63,096 nt of DNA from Patescibacteria group bacterium (GCA_018826905.1 JAHJYC010000001.1:1-63096); one strand, 5' to 3'. Shown: positions 1 to 9,779, numbered from the stretch's first letter. Notes: generated from the letters alone by a model not told the origin. Made by a program: numbers and translations.

Positions 1-12
1 ATGGGCCGATTC

Positions 13-186
13 TCTTTTCATCCCGCATAGAACCCTCTAGGCAAGGCTTGACGGCTTCAGGGCATTTTCCCAAGGACCTTCTGGTACCGCGCTTGTTCGC
101 GGTGCGCTGGAATCATCCTCAGGCAACTTGTTCACCTTCCCATCCCGGGAAGGAGTGCCTGGAGGGTTCTGTATAGGATGAGAAGA
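13..186 (+). ncRNA. Candidate 6S RNA-like rod-shaped ncRNA
   Basis: 13-43 pairs with 156-186 (29/31 bp incl. G-U, which favours the + strand); apical stem around 79-112; hairpin CCTTCCC/GGGAAGG at 135-153; terminator follows. Confidence 0.55.
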
Positions 187-189
187 TTA

Positions 190-220
190 GAAAAACACCG
201 CAGTAAATGCGGTGTTTTTC
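190..220. terminator. Bidirectional intrinsic terminator
   Basis: GAAAAACACCGCA-gtaaa-TGCGGTGTTTTTC, directly at the pilB stop. Confidence 0.85.
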
Positions 221-1893
221 TAATCTCTTGGAATGTCTACAACCCTAAATACTTCTTCTAGAGAGGAAGTGCCTTCAATTGCCTTGAGAACTCCTTCTTG
301 TGCCATGGTGAGATAACCCTGGCGGCGTACTGATTTTGCAATGTCTCCTTCGCTTGGGTTGTCTCGCAGGAAGGTACCCAACTCTTCGTCCATAAATATT
401 GCTTCGTGCACACCAACGCGTCCCTTATAGCCGTTCTCTTCTTCATTTTTTGGATCCGGTACCCATACTAAATCAAGGGAAGCGGGAAGAAGGGAGGTGT
501 CTGTAACGGTTGAAAGAATCTTCTCCATGGTGCGCTTCTCTTTGTCTGTTGCAGGCACCTGCTTCTTTGCTTCGGGGTCTAGTGTTCGCACAAGCCGCTG
601 CGCCATAGCTACAGAAATTGCTGAGGCAAATGTCTTTGGATCAACTCCAAGATCAACAAGACGAGGGAAACTCCCGGCAGCATTGTTTGTGTGTAGTGTT
701 GAGAATACAAAGTGTCCCGTGAGTGCTGCTTGTATGGCAACATCAGCAACTTCTGCATCTCTAATTTCTCCTACCATAATAACGTCAGGGTCCTGGCGGA
801 GCACTGAGCGGAGCCCTGAAGCAAAGGTATAGTTCTTCCCGTCTGTCTGTGTCTGTACGATTCCAGGCAAGTGATATTCAACAGGATCTTCAATAGTCAC
901 AATCTTAATCTCTGGTGTATGTATATGTCGCAAAAACGCATACAAGGAGGTAGTTTTTCCTGAACCAGTTGGTCCTGTGGTGAGGAGCATGCCAGTGGGC
1001 CGAGTAATTTCTTCGGTCAAACGTGCGAGGAGCTTTGGATGGAGACCGAGTTTTTCAAAGGAAACACCAAGGTTAGAGGCATCAAGGATGCGCATAACAA
1101 AGGACTCTCCATACGCGCCTGGAATAAGTGAGGTGCGGATATCAATTTCAGAATCTCCAACCGGTACCGTGAAGCGGCCGTCTTGCGCACGGTCGCGGAT
1201 ATTTATCTTTAATCCAGAAAGCAACTTGATGCGCGAAGAGATAAGTTGGTAGGTGTGCGCATCAAAGGTGTATGCGTCCACAAGCTGTCCATCAAGACGC
1301 AAGCGAAGCCGAACGCCGGTTTCTTCAGGTTCTATGTGAATATCAGACGCTCTAAGCGAGAGAGACGCAGCAAGAATATCTTCAAGTACTTTTGAGACCT
1401 GCGCACGCTTTCCTGCCACAAGGACTGCATCAAGATGTTCTTTAAGTACAGAGAGACTTGTAATCTCTCCACGCATGCGTGCAAGCTCGTCTCCGCGAAT
1501 ATCAAACACCCCTGCTTTGCTTTCTGCTGCAAAGGAAAGATCGGTATAGCGAGCAAAGGCAACATCAAGACTTCGTTGGGAAACTAAGAAGCGAGTAAGA
1601 ATGTATCCTTGTGCTTCAAGAGCATGCTCAACTTGAGTGAGCATAAGATTGCTCGGATTGCGCACAGCAAGCGAAAGGTGCTTGCCTGTTTTTTCAAAAG
1701 CGACAGCCTCAGCTTCGTGAGCTTCTTTTTCCGGGATGAGACGAAGCGCATCCATATTAACGGCAACAATTCCGAGATCTGTGTAGGCAAGACCGTACTT
1801 TTCAGAGAGTACTCGCGCCAAATCTTCTTCTTCACGCTCTCGCAAGCTCGCGAGCTTTGCGTCTTCAGCGTCGGTATCAAAATGTGCAGGCAT
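220..1893 (-). CDS. pilB: Type IV pilus/T2SS assembly ATPase (PilB/GspE family)
   Basis: Walker A GPTGSGKT, TIEDPVE, LRQDPDVIMVGEIRD, STLHTN; start moved to MPAHF (1893) because the longer ORF overlaps tsaE. Confidence 0.9.
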   Translation of the reverse strand: MPAHFDTDAEDAKLASLREREEEDLARVLSEKYGLAYTDLGIVAVNMDALRLIPEKEAHEAEAVAFEKTGKHLSLAVRNPSNLMLTQVEHALEAQGYILTRFLVSQRSLDVAFARYTDLSFAAESKAGVFDIRGDELARMRGEITSLSVLKEHLDAVLVAGKRAQVSKVLEDILAASLSLRASDIHIEPEETGVRLRLRLDGQLVDAYTFDAHTYQLISSRIKLLSGLKINIRDRAQDGRFTVPVGDSEIDIRTSLIPGAYGESFVMRILDASNLGVSFEKLGLHPKLLARLTEEITRPTGMLLTTGPTGSGKTTSLYAFLRHIHTPEIKIVTIEDPVEYHLPGIVQTQTDGKNYTFASGLRSVLRQDPDVIMVGEIRDAEVADVAIQAALTGHFVFSTLHTNNAAGSFPRLVDLGVDPKTFASAISVAMAQRLVRTLDPEAKKQVPATDKEKRTMEKILSTVTDTSLLPASLDLVWVPDPKNEEENGYKGRVGVHEAIFMDEELGTFLRDNPSEGDIAKSVRRQGYLTMAQEGVLKAIEGTSSLEEVFRVVDIPRD

Positions 1894-1951
1894 AAAGACA
1901 TGATAGCGTGCATTGGAGCGTGTTTCTATCTTGCTTGGTACAATTACTACT

Positions 1952-2386
1952 ATGACGCGCACCCTGGCCAGTCTGGAGGAGCTTGTGGAGGAGGCAAGGC
2001 TTCTAGCGAAACGACTTTCTCCAAAGGAAGGGCGAGCAACTCTCGTAACACTTTCGGGAGAGCTAGGAGCAGGGAAGACTACGTTTGTGCAGGCACTCGC
2101 TTCAGCCCTTGGTGTTACTGAGCACGTAACGAGTCCTACCTTTGTTCTTGCAAAGACATACTCGCTTTCCGGCCAATCTTTTTCAAAGGTGGTGCACATT
2201 GACGCGTACCGTCTCAACAAAGGGGCAGACCTAAAGAGTATCGGGTTTGATGAAGCATATACGGAGCCAGGAACACTCATTGTGTTTGAGTGGCCTGAAC
2301 GTGTTGAGGAAGGTCTGCCTGCAGCAGACATAGAAATAGCTCTCACTGTTACTCCTGAAGAACACAGAATCATTTCCTATGCCTAA
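1952..2386 (+). CDS. tsaE: tRNA t6A biosynthesis ATPase TsaE
   Basis: LSGELGAGKTTF, VTSPTF, HIDAYRL, EWPE motifs; start inferred at ATG 1952. Confidence 0.93.
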   Translation: MTRTLASLEELVEEARLLAKRLSPKEGRATLVTLSGELGAGKTTFVQALASALGVTEHVTSPTFVLAKTYSLSGQSFSKVVHIDAYRLNKGADLKSIGFDEAYTEPGTLIVFEWPERVEEGLPAADIEIALTVTPEEHRIISYA

Positions 2387-4754
2387 GTCTTCAAAAAAAA
2401 CACGCCTCGTACTGCTTGATGCGCACGCAATTATTCATCGCGCGTACCATGCGCTCCCAGATTTCACTGGGCCAGACGGAGCGCCAACAGGAGCGTTGTA
2501 CGGACTCTCCGCGATGCTTCTTAAGATTGTTACAGACCTTGCACCAGACTATGTCATTGGCTGTTATGACCTTCCAAAACCTACTATCCGTCACGAGGCC
2601 TACGAAGGATATAAGGCAACAAGGACCACAAGCGACGATTCGCTGGTGGCGCAACTAACCACATCACGTAGGGTCTTTGAGGCATTCTCAGTGCCTATTT
2701 ATGAACGTGAGGGGTTTGAGGCTGACGATATACTCGGCACGATTGTTGAACTCTTAAAGGACGATTCTTCTGTTGAAATTATCATCGCATCTGGAGACAT
2801 GGACACGATGCAGCTTATTGATAAGAAAAAGGTGCAAGTGTATACCCTAAAAAAGGGTCTTAACGACACCATTCTGTACGACGAAGCAGCAGTTCTTGCG
2901 CGCTACGGCTTTGGCCCAGAGCTTATTCCAGACTGGAAAGGGCTCCGTGGAGATCCCTCAGACAATATTGTTGGTGTCCCTGGTATTGGAGAAAAAACAG
3001 GAACCGATTTAGTGCAGAAGTTTGGAACCATAGAAAAATTGTACAAAGCAATCAAAAAGGACGAAGCGGCAGTTCTGGCTGAAGGCATAAAACCACGAAT
3101 TCTAAACCTTCTTAAGGAACACGAAGAAGATGCAGTTTTTTCAAAGATGCTCGCAACAATTCGCACTGATGCACCAATTGCGTTTGTGCTTCCTGAAAAG
3201 ACATGGAGAGAAACAGTCTCTTTGAATAGTTTGCAGGAACTTTTTGATGAGCTTGGATTCCGTTCGTTGCGCGCACGCGCACGCACTGCCCTTGGAGCAG
3301 ACGAAGAGACCGTTGAGATTGAGGAAGAAGAGGAACAGGAAAATGTACCGCAAGAACGTCTGGACGAAGCAGCGGTTATGGTGTGGCTTCTCTCGTCAGA
3401 GTTTACGAACGCAACGCAAGAAGACATTCTTTCGTATACAAAGCGCAGAGACTTTGATTCTGCGTATACAGAATTGGAGCGACTTCTTGCTGAGACAGGA
3501 AGGCTCAAAGAATTGTATGACTCTATAGAGCGCCCGCTCATTCCTGTGCTCCGAAAGATGGAAACACGGGGAGTACGTGTAGACAAGGACGTACTAGAGG
3601 CGCTTCGGAAAGAGTATCGCGCAGAACTTGAGGGGATTGAGCAGTCTATATACAAAGCAGCAGGACGAGAATTCAATATTAGTTCTCCGAAACAGCTCGG
3701 AGACGTGTTGTTTGATGAGATGGGGCTTGCAGCAAAGGGACAAAAGAAAACAGCAACAGGACAGCGCTCCACAAGAGAGTCTGAGCTGGAGAAGCTTCGT
3801 GATCTGCACCCAGTTATCGGAGATGTGCTTAAGTATCGGGGACTGCAAAAACTTCTTTCCACATACATTGAGGCGATACCTCCACTTCTTGATACTGATG
3901 GCAGGCTTCATGCGCAGTTTCTTCAAACAGGAACTACAACAGGACGCATGGCGAGCCAGAGCCCGAACCTGCAGAACATTCCTATTCGGGCAGAACGCGG
4001 AAGAGCGATTCGCCAGGCGTTTATTCCTCAGGAGGGGTATACGCTCGTGGGACTTGATTATTCACAGGTGGAGTTGCGCATTGCAGCAATTCTCTCTGGG
4101 GATGAGAAACTCTGCGATATTTTTAAGAGCGGGAGAGACGTGCATCAAGAAGTGGCTGCTGCTGTGTTTGGTGTAGATCCGAAGGATGTGGACCACGAGA
4201 TGCGAAGACGCGCGAAGATTATTAATTTCGGTATTTTGTATGGCATGGGGGTAAACGCACTCAAGGTACAGCTTGGTACTACGGCAGCAGAGGCACACAC
4301 TTTCTATGATGATTATTTCCAAACATTCAGTACGCTCTCAGAATATTTAGAGAGCACAAAGGGCTTTGCGCGCAAACATGGATATACAGAAACTCTCTTT
4401 GGGAGACGTCGGCAGTTTCCAGAGATGAAGTCTCCATTGCCGTATGTTCGCGCACAGGCTGAACGCATGGCTATTAACGCACCAATACAAGGAACGCAGG
4501 CAGATGTTATTAAGCTCGCCATGGTGCGCATTGATGAACTCCTTCAGAAGGAAGGAAAAGAGGATGATGCACATCTTCTTCTGCAGGTTCACGACGAACT
4601 CGTGTTTGAGATTAAAAATGAACAGGTACAGGAGCTCTCGCAGAAAATTGAAACTGTTATGGAGTCTGCGCTTTCTGTAGACCAGACAAAGGGTGTACCG
4701 ATTCTTGCAGAAGCAAAGTCAGGCCCAAGCTGGGCAGAGATGCAGCCGCTATGA
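2379..4754 (+). CDS. polA: DNA polymerase I (5'-3' exonuclease + polymerase; 3'-5' exo region reduced)
   Basis: LLDAHAIIHRAYHA, EADD, DYSQVELR, AKIINFGILYG, LQVHDEL. Confidence 0.97.
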   Translation: MPKSSKKTRLVLLDAHAIIHRAYHALPDFTGPDGAPTGALYGLSAMLLKIVTDLAPDYVIGCYDLPKPTIRHEAYEGYKATRTTSDDSLVAQLTTSRRVFEAFSVPIYEREGFEADDILGTIVELLKDDSSVEIIIASGDMDTMQLIDKKKVQVYTLKKGLNDTILYDEAAVLARYGFGPELIPDWKGLRGDPSDNIVGVPGIGEKTGTDLVQKFGTIEKLYKAIKKDEAAVLAEGIKPRILNLLKEHEEDAVFSKMLATIRTDAPIAFVLPEKTWRETVSLNSLQELFDELGFRSLRARARTALGADEETVEIEEEEEQENVPQERLDEAAVMVWLLSSEFTNATQEDILSYTKRRDFDSAYTELERLLAETGRLKELYDSIERPLIPVLRKMETRGVRVDKDVLEALRKEYRAELEGIEQSIYKAAGREFNISSPKQLGDVLFDEMGLAAKGQKKTATGQRSTRESELEKLRDLHPVIGDVLKYRGLQKLLSTYIEAIPPLLDTDGRLHAQFLQTGTTTGRMASQSPNLQNIPIRAERGRAIRQAFIPQEGYTLVGLDYSQVELRIAAILSGDEKLCDIFKSGRDVHQEVAAAVFGVDPKDVDHEMRRRAKIINFGILYGMGVNALKVQLGTTAAEAHTFYDDYFQTFSTLSEYLESTKGFARKHGYTETLFGRRRQFPEMKSPLPYVRAQAERMAINAPIQGTQADVIKLAMVRIDELLQKEGKEDDAHLLLQVHDELVFEIKNEQVQELSQKIETVMESALSVDQTKGVPILAEAKSGPSWAEMQPL

Positions 4755-5398
4755 TCTATCTCTTTCATGGTTCAGACGTAGGGAAAGCACGCGCCAAAGC
4801 ATTTGCGTGGGTCTCAGCAGCGAGAGCAAAGGCCCCTGACGCAGCCTACATACGGCTTCAGGGGAAGGAGATATCAGAAGCCGCGCTATACGATGCTATA
4901 GGCTCGCAGGGGCTTTTCTTTTCAAAATCCCTCATTCTCATTGATGATCCGTTCTCAGATAGTGAGGCGGGAGAGACAGTACTCGCTCTTTTAGACGAGC
5001 TTGCGAAGTCGGAAAATCCCGTAGCGATTCTCTCCCCAAAACTACTTGCAGCACAAGCAAAAAAACTTGAAGCAGTTGCTACGAAAGTTTTTAAAGAGGA
5101 GGCGGTACCAAAACGAGCTCGCGGATTTAATGGTCCGCTTGTTAACGCGTTGGCGGCAAAGAGCGGTCCGCTTTTGTGGCAAGAGATACAGAAAGCAGAG
5201 AGACAGGGAGACGCACCTGAACTTGTGCACGGACTCCTCCACTGGAAAGCGAGAGACATGATGCAGAAGGGAGGTACTAAATGGAGCAAGCAGGAAGCGA
5301 GAGCGCTTTCTGTTGAGCTTATTGAGCTCGTGTCTCGCGCCCGCTCAGGGGACCTTCCTCTTTCTGAATCACTAGAGCGCTTTGCGCTTACGCTGTAG
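4751..5398 (+). CDS. Probable DNA polymerase III delta subunit-like protein (short)
   Basis: MIYLFHGSD start, QGLFFSKSLILI segment and LERF C-terminus resemble HolA; coupled to polA. Confidence 0.55.
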   Translation: MIYLFHGSDVGKARAKAFAWVSAARAKAPDAAYIRLQGKEISEAALYDAIGSQGLFFSKSLILIDDPFSDSEAGETVLALLDELAKSENPVAILSPKLLAAQAKKLEAVATKVFKEEAVPKRARGFNGPLVNALAAKSGPLLWQEIQKAERQGDAPELVHGLLHWKARDMMQKGGTKWSKQEARALSVELIELVSRARSGDLPLSESLERFALTL

Positions 5399-5921
5399 CA
5401 CGCTGTCTTGCTGCCCTGTACTCATTTGTACTCATGTAAGTCTTTGGATCTGCGCGGTCTGTAAACAAGACTCCGTTTAAATGATCCACTTCGTGTTGAA
5501 TGATGCGCGCAAGAAGACCAGAAGCTTTTAATTCAAATACCGCTCCCTCTATGTCTTGAGCCTGTACGGTTACAGAATATGGTCGTCGTACTTTCCCAAA
5601 GAGTCCTGAGAACGCAACACTCCCACACCCCTCCCATCCAAGCACTTCTCGCTTTGAGGAGACAATGATTTTTGGATTAATGAACACACGAAGCGAATCC
5701 TGAAGGGCGGGGTTACGAACCTTTGTTTTTCGTATCTCAGTAACAAAGATGCGGACGTTACTTCCAATTTGAGGTGCGGCCATGCCGACGAGGTCATTTT
5801 CCCTCATGGAATCTATAAGACGAGAAACTGTTTTTCGTGTCTGTGCGGAGGGCACAGAGGATTCGCGCCGAGATTTGGTGCGGATTATAGGATTGCCTAT
5901 CTGTACCGTTTCTTTACTCAT
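5388..5921 (-). CDS. def: Peptide deformylase
   Basis: VGMAAPQIG, EGCGS, QHEVDHLNG. Confidence 0.95.
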   Translation of the reverse strand: MSKETVQIGNPIIRTKSRRESSVPSAQTRKTVSRLIDSMRENDLVGMAAPQIGSNVRIFVTEIRKTKVRNPALQDSLRVFINPKIIVSSKREVLGWEGCGSVAFSGLFGKVRRPYSVTVQAQDIEGAVFELKASGLLARIIQHEVDHLNGVLFTDRADPKTYMSTNEYRAARQRATA

Positions 5922-5927
5922 GAATCT

Positions 5928-6003
5928 TGGTCCACCTACCTGGGCTCGAACCAGGGACCGTCTCCTTAAAAGGGAGCTGCTCTACCAACTGAGCTATAGG
6001 TGG
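5928..6003 (-). tRNA. tRNA-Lys(UUU), CCA encoded
   Basis: Cloverleaf CCACCTA/TAGGTGG, loop CTTTTAA, GTTCGAG. Confidence 0.95.
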
Positions 6004-6019
6004 TGGTGACGTTATACCG

Positions 6020-6952
6020 CTAATACGTGATGAGGTCTACGGTAAGACCATTCTCGTCAATTAGTTTAATCGCATCTCGCGAAGATTTCCAGAGCTCGTC
6101 TTCTCGGTCCAAATAGATGTGCCACGTACGTCCAGAGAAGTTTGCGTCGTATTGATGTGTCGCAACACAGCCGTTGTAGGTGAGCTGATTATCAATAAGC
6201 GCAAAGCAGGCATTCGTAAGGCTACGACTCTCTTTCGGTGTCTCGCATGACGGGGTGCGCTGCATGAGTGTGTAGCACGCGTCGTCTCTTAGTTTGTTTC
6301 CTGTATAGAAGCGCTCAAACTCGTTGCTTGCTGTCGGGCAATTCTTTTGAAGAGGAGGAGTAAAGCGCTGTGGGCCACCAAGATATCCGGTGCACATGTT
6401 TTCTCTGAAAGAAACTCCAATGGGGGACTCGCCGGAAACAATAATCGCCTCGTCTCCGGGCTGGAGCACAATTGCTCCGCGATCATTTACGCGTCCAGAC
6501 CTTGGAATAAGAGCACCGCTAGGAATACGCTCTTCATCACGAGATGCGCCAGACACTACTCGCCATCCGGTAATTGACACGGGTTCAGAACCAGACGCAC
6601 GAATTGAGAAATACTCATCCTCAGGGTCGGTTGCACCAACGCCTCCGTACCCGCTGATGCTAACGAGTCCTCGTTTTGGAGAAGCTTCTCCGAAGCTCTT
6701 AATTTCAGAACTTTGTTTCTGCAAGAAAGAAACGCGATCTTGGATGCTCATAATATCTGCCCAGACACTTCCAGAACCAGAAGGGGAGTAGGTATCGCCC
6801 TCTCCGTATCCTTCTTGAATAGTGTCTACGTCTGTAATAGGGCTAATGTAGGGCCCCGCAAAGGAAATAGGTTTAGTAGGTCCGCCAGAGGCGTACCACA
6901 GTACAAAAAAGAATAGAATTACAACGAAGAAGAAAAGTGCGTCACTCCTCAT
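6020..6952 (-). CDS. Membrane-anchored surface protein with lamin-tail-like domain and Cys-rich C-terminal half
   Basis: N-terminal TM helix; DEYFSI...PVSITGWRV motif typical of LTD domains. Confidence 0.6.
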   Translation of the reverse strand: MRSDALFFFVVILFFFVLWYASGGPTKPISFAGPYISPITDVDTIQEGYGEGDTYSPSGSGSVWADIMSIQDRVSFLQKQSSEIKSFGEASPKRGLVSISGYGGVGATDPEDEYFSIRASGSEPVSITGWRVVSGASRDEERIPSGALIPRSGRVNDRGAIVLQPGDEAIIVSGESPIGVSFRENMCTGYLGGPQRFTPPLQKNCPTASNEFERFYTGNKLRDDACYTLMQRTPSCETPKESRSLTNACFALIDNQLTYNGCVATHQYDANFSGRTWHIYLDREDELWKSSRDAIKLIDENGLTVDLITY

Positions 6953-6972
6953 TCTCTCTATAGTAGCAGTAC

Positions 6973-8229
6973 TTAGTAGAGCTTGCGGAGTTCTTCTTGC
7001 ACTACAGTAGCGTCACTCCACGGTGTCTTTGTATTGTTCGCTTCCATGAGATACGGGTCAGTGCCTTTTCCTGTAACAAGGACAGCGTCTCCTGTCTTAG
7101 CGAGGGAGAGTGCGTGAGCGATTGCTTCCCGTCTGTCCATGATAATGGTTGGTTGTCTTTCCATTCCGGCGGCCATATCAGACACAATCTTTTCAGGATC
7201 TTCGTCGTACGGGTCTTCGTTCGTAAGAATAACTTCAGCACAGTACTCTTCAGCAATCTTTCCCATCTCAGGACGCTTCCAGGTATCACGTCCGCCTCCC
7301 GTATTCCCAAGTACACAAATCTTCCTTCGCCCCTCATACGCCTCGTATAGAGCCCGAAGTGAATCTGGAGTGTGGGCGTAATCAACAACAGCATAAAAGT
7401 CTTGGCCTTCTTCCACGCGCTCAGCACGTCCGGGAATTCGTGAAAGCTGCGCAAGTGCTCGTGCAGAAGTTTCTACGGGAACCCCGCACACAGAAGCAGT
7501 CTTAATTGCAGCAAGTGCATTCAATACACTAAATGTTCCAGGGTGCGGAATTGATACCGTGGTGTTCTCGTAAGTGAAAGTTGCTGAATGATCTGTAAGA
7601 GTAACGCTATTTGCATCGGCAAGGGAGAAAGGGATGTTGTTTTCAACAGGAAGTGCTAGGAATCGTTTTCCATATTCGCTCTCTCCATTCGCAACAATAG
7701 TACGAGGACGTTTAGAAGAGCGAGTAAGCGCTTTCCCAATTCTAAACTTTGCAGCGAAGTAGTGCTCCATACTGCCATGGGACTCAATGTGCTCCCGTTC
7801 TAGGTTTGTAAACACAAGTGCATCCATAGAAAGGAAGAGATGGCGATACTGTAGTGCTGCTTCGCTTGTCACTTCAATCACTGCGTGTGTCGCACCCTTG
7901 CGCACCGCTTCGCCTAAAAAGTTTTGTATAAACCCGTGCCCTGGCAGAGTCATCTTAAAAAGATTTGGACGTGTTTCAGTGCCGATGCGGAAATGAATAG
8001 TACTTGAGACAGCAACAGTGTGGCCGTTCTCGGTAAGACATGCGGCAATCATTTCAGTTACAGATGATTTTCCTTTAGTCCCTGTTACTGCTATAACCGT
8101 GAGTTTGTTGGCGGGGAATCCATTCTGCACTGCTCGCAGAAGTGTCCACGCAAGATGATAAGGAGAAAGAAGTGCGCGGTACAACGCGCGTGGAAGAATC
8201 TGTTCCAGTACTCTCTTTATTGCATGCAT
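6973..8229 (-). CDS. murE: Mur ligase, MurE-type
   Basis: VTGTKGKSS, FTNL..EHIESH, VDYAHTPDS, TNEDPYDE, GKG; start MHAIK at 8229, 1 nt after the ruvA stop. Confidence 0.88.
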   Translation of the reverse strand: MHAIKRVLEQILPRALYRALLSPYHLAWTLLRAVQNGFPANKLTVIAVTGTKGKSSVTEMIAACLTENGHTVAVSSTIHFRIGTETRPNLFKMTLPGHGFIQNFLGEAVRKGATHAVIEVTSEAALQYRHLFLSMDALVFTNLEREHIESHGSMEHYFAAKFRIGKALTRSSKRPRTIVANGESEYGKRFLALPVENNIPFSLADANSVTLTDHSATFTYENTTVSIPHPGTFSVLNALAAIKTASVCGVPVETSARALAQLSRIPGRAERVEEGQDFYAVVDYAHTPDSLRALYEAYEGRRKICVLGNTGGGRDTWKRPEMGKIAEEYCAEVILTNEDPYDEDPEKIVSDMAAGMERQPTIIMDRREAIAHALSLAKTGDAVLVTGKGTDPYLMEANNTKTPWSDATVVQEELRKLY

Positions 8230-8230
8230 A

Positions 8231-8779
8231 CTATTTCGCAGACAATGCGGCTTTGAGTCGCGCATCTTTCTCCACAATATCTTTCGGTATTCCGGCCAAG
8301 GCAGTTCGGGCTTCTCGTTCGGTGTATCCGAGCGCAACGAGCGTATCAAATACTTCTCCATCAGTATCGCCTCGTGTCTCTCCATTTCCAGGAATCTTTT
8401 CAGAAAGCTCCACACATAACTTTTCGGCAACCTTCTTGCTGAGCCCTATAACGCGAGTGAGGTACATGATATCTCTTGCTGAGATAGCTTCTTGCAGGGA
8501 CTCCTGTGGGCCACGTCTGAGGATGGAAAGGGCAGTCTTAGGTCCTACACCAGAGACTGAGAGAAGAAGCTCAAAGAACGCACGCTCCGCCTCCGTAGTG
8601 AAACCATAGAGGTCAACACCGTCTTGCTTCAAGGAAAGATAGGTTTTAAGCGAAACAGTGCTTCCCAGAGAAAAAGTGTCTGATGAGGGGACTGAAACAA
8701 GGACACCCCACCCGGCCACGTCCACAATAAGACTATCGGTCTCAATGCCCAGAATCGTGCCGCGGATCTCTCTAATCAT
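8231..8779 (-). CDS. ruvA: Holliday junction branch migration protein RuvA
   Basis: MIREIRG, LYGF, VSGVGPKTAL, LVALGY. Confidence 0.95.
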   Translation of the reverse strand: MIREIRGTILGIETDSLIVDVAGWGVLVSVPSSDTFSLGSTVSLKTYLSLKQDGVDLYGFTTEAERAFFELLLSVSGVGPKTALSILRRGPQESLQEAISARDIMYLTRVIGLSKKVAEKLCVELSEKIPGNGETRGDTDGEVFDTLVALGYTEREARTALAGIPKDIVEKDARLKAALSAK

Positions 8780-8838
8780 AGTGTGTATCGTAGCATTATC
8801 TTGCGCATATTCACGGAATGCCGTACTATTGCGCCCAC

Positions 8839-9102
8839 ATGGCAATCACTAAGTCTGCAAAGAAAGCGCACCGCGCATCCCTCAAAAAGCACGTATTTAA
8901 CGTGCGTCGCAAGCGTGCCGTCACTGACACCGTTAAGGTAGTTAAAAAGGCTATTACTACTGATGTTAAGGAGGCAGAGAAGTCACTCTCAGCTGCCTAT
9001 AAGGCAATTGATAAGGCAGCAAAGACTGGTGTTATCAAGAAGAACACTGCTTCTCGCAAGAAATCACGTCTTGCTAAGGCAATCGGACGCGCCAAGGCGT
9101 AA
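8839..9102 (+). CDS. rpsT: 30S ribosomal protein S20
   Basis: MAITKSAKKA...IDKAAKTGVIKKNTASRKKSRL. Confidence 0.97.
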   Translation: MAITKSAKKAHRASLKKHVFNVRRKRAVTDTVKVVKKAITTDVKEAEKSLSAAYKAIDKAAKTGVIKKNTASRKKSRLAKAIGRAKA

Positions 9103-9111
9103 CGAAGAAGA

Positions 9112-9142
9112 GAAAAAGCCGGATCAAGTACCCGGCTTTTTC
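9112..9142 (+). terminator. Intrinsic terminator after rpsT
   Basis: GAAAAAGCCGG...CCGGCTTTTTC. Confidence 0.8.
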
Positions 9143-9183
9143 ATTTGGTATGCTTAAGGGAGTTACGAATAACCTTTCGTCCT

Positions 9184-9618
9184 ATGTTTCATAGACATTC
9201 AGTTGCAGGAAGAGTCAGTATCGGAATCAGTAGTGGTCTTGTTGTTGGAGTGCTCGCCATAGTGAGTCTCCCGCTTTTCGGATTCCCTTTGTTTAGCATG
9301 TTCGGCTTCGGAACACTTCTTATGTTTGTGTTCATGGGGATACTCATTGGCTTCCTTGGATTGTTTAGCAGGCATCCGCTACTAAACTTCAGTATGCCGT
9401 GGTGGGTACGAGGACTTATGGTGGGATTCATGCTTACACTCATGTATATCCTCCTCAGTTATGGATCTCTCGTAGTAATTATGCAGTCAGCACTCGTGTC
9501 CTGGATGGGATTCAGCTCTCCATTCTGGGTGCTGCTTGATGGAATGACTCTTGGAGTTATCATCAGCGCGCTTGAAACACGGTTTGCAGGGGAAGGGGAA
9601 GAGCTGCCCCTTACGTAA
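9184..9618 (+). CDS. Hypothetical membrane protein (about 4 TM)
   Basis: Hydrophobic Gly-rich ORF; start inferred at ATG 9184. Confidence 0.7.
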   Translation: MFHRHSVAGRVSIGISSGLVVGVLAIVSLPLFGFPLFSMFGFGTLLMFVFMGILIGFLGLFSRHPLLNFSMPWWVRGLMVGFMLTLMYILLSYGSLVVIMQSALVSWMGFSSPFWVLLDGMTLGVIISALETRFAGEGEELPLT

Positions 9619-9625
9619 AGAAAAC

Positions 9626-9663
9626 AAATACAAAACGCCTCTTTCCAGAGGCGTTTTGTATTT
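9626..9663. terminator. Bidirectional terminator
   Basis: AAATACAAAACGCCTC-tttcca-GAGGCGTTTTGTATTT, between a convergent gene and tRNA. Confidence 0.85.
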
Positions 9664-9669
9664 CCCGGG

Positions 9670-9741
9670 TGCTCTTGGTAGGAATCGAACCTACATTACA
9701 ACTTCCGCAAAGTTGCGTCCTATCCATTGAACGACAAGAGC
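9670..9741 (-). tRNA. tRNA-Arg(GCG), CCA not encoded
   Basis: GCTCTTG/CAAGAGC acceptor; anticodon arm CAACT-TTGCGGA-AGTTG. Confidence 0.93.
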
Positions 9742-9779
9742 AGTTTTTTGACTCTACCGCTTGAGCGCCTTCGTTGCAA

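Noticed and set aside
1894..2373. 160-aa N-terminal extension of PilB in the ORF track
   Set aside because: Antisense shadow of tsaE; a -10 box and ATG at 1893 give a normal-length protein.
8230..8430. N-terminal extension of MurE
   Set aside because: Overlaps ruvA in another frame; the ATG at 8229 follows the ruvA stop.
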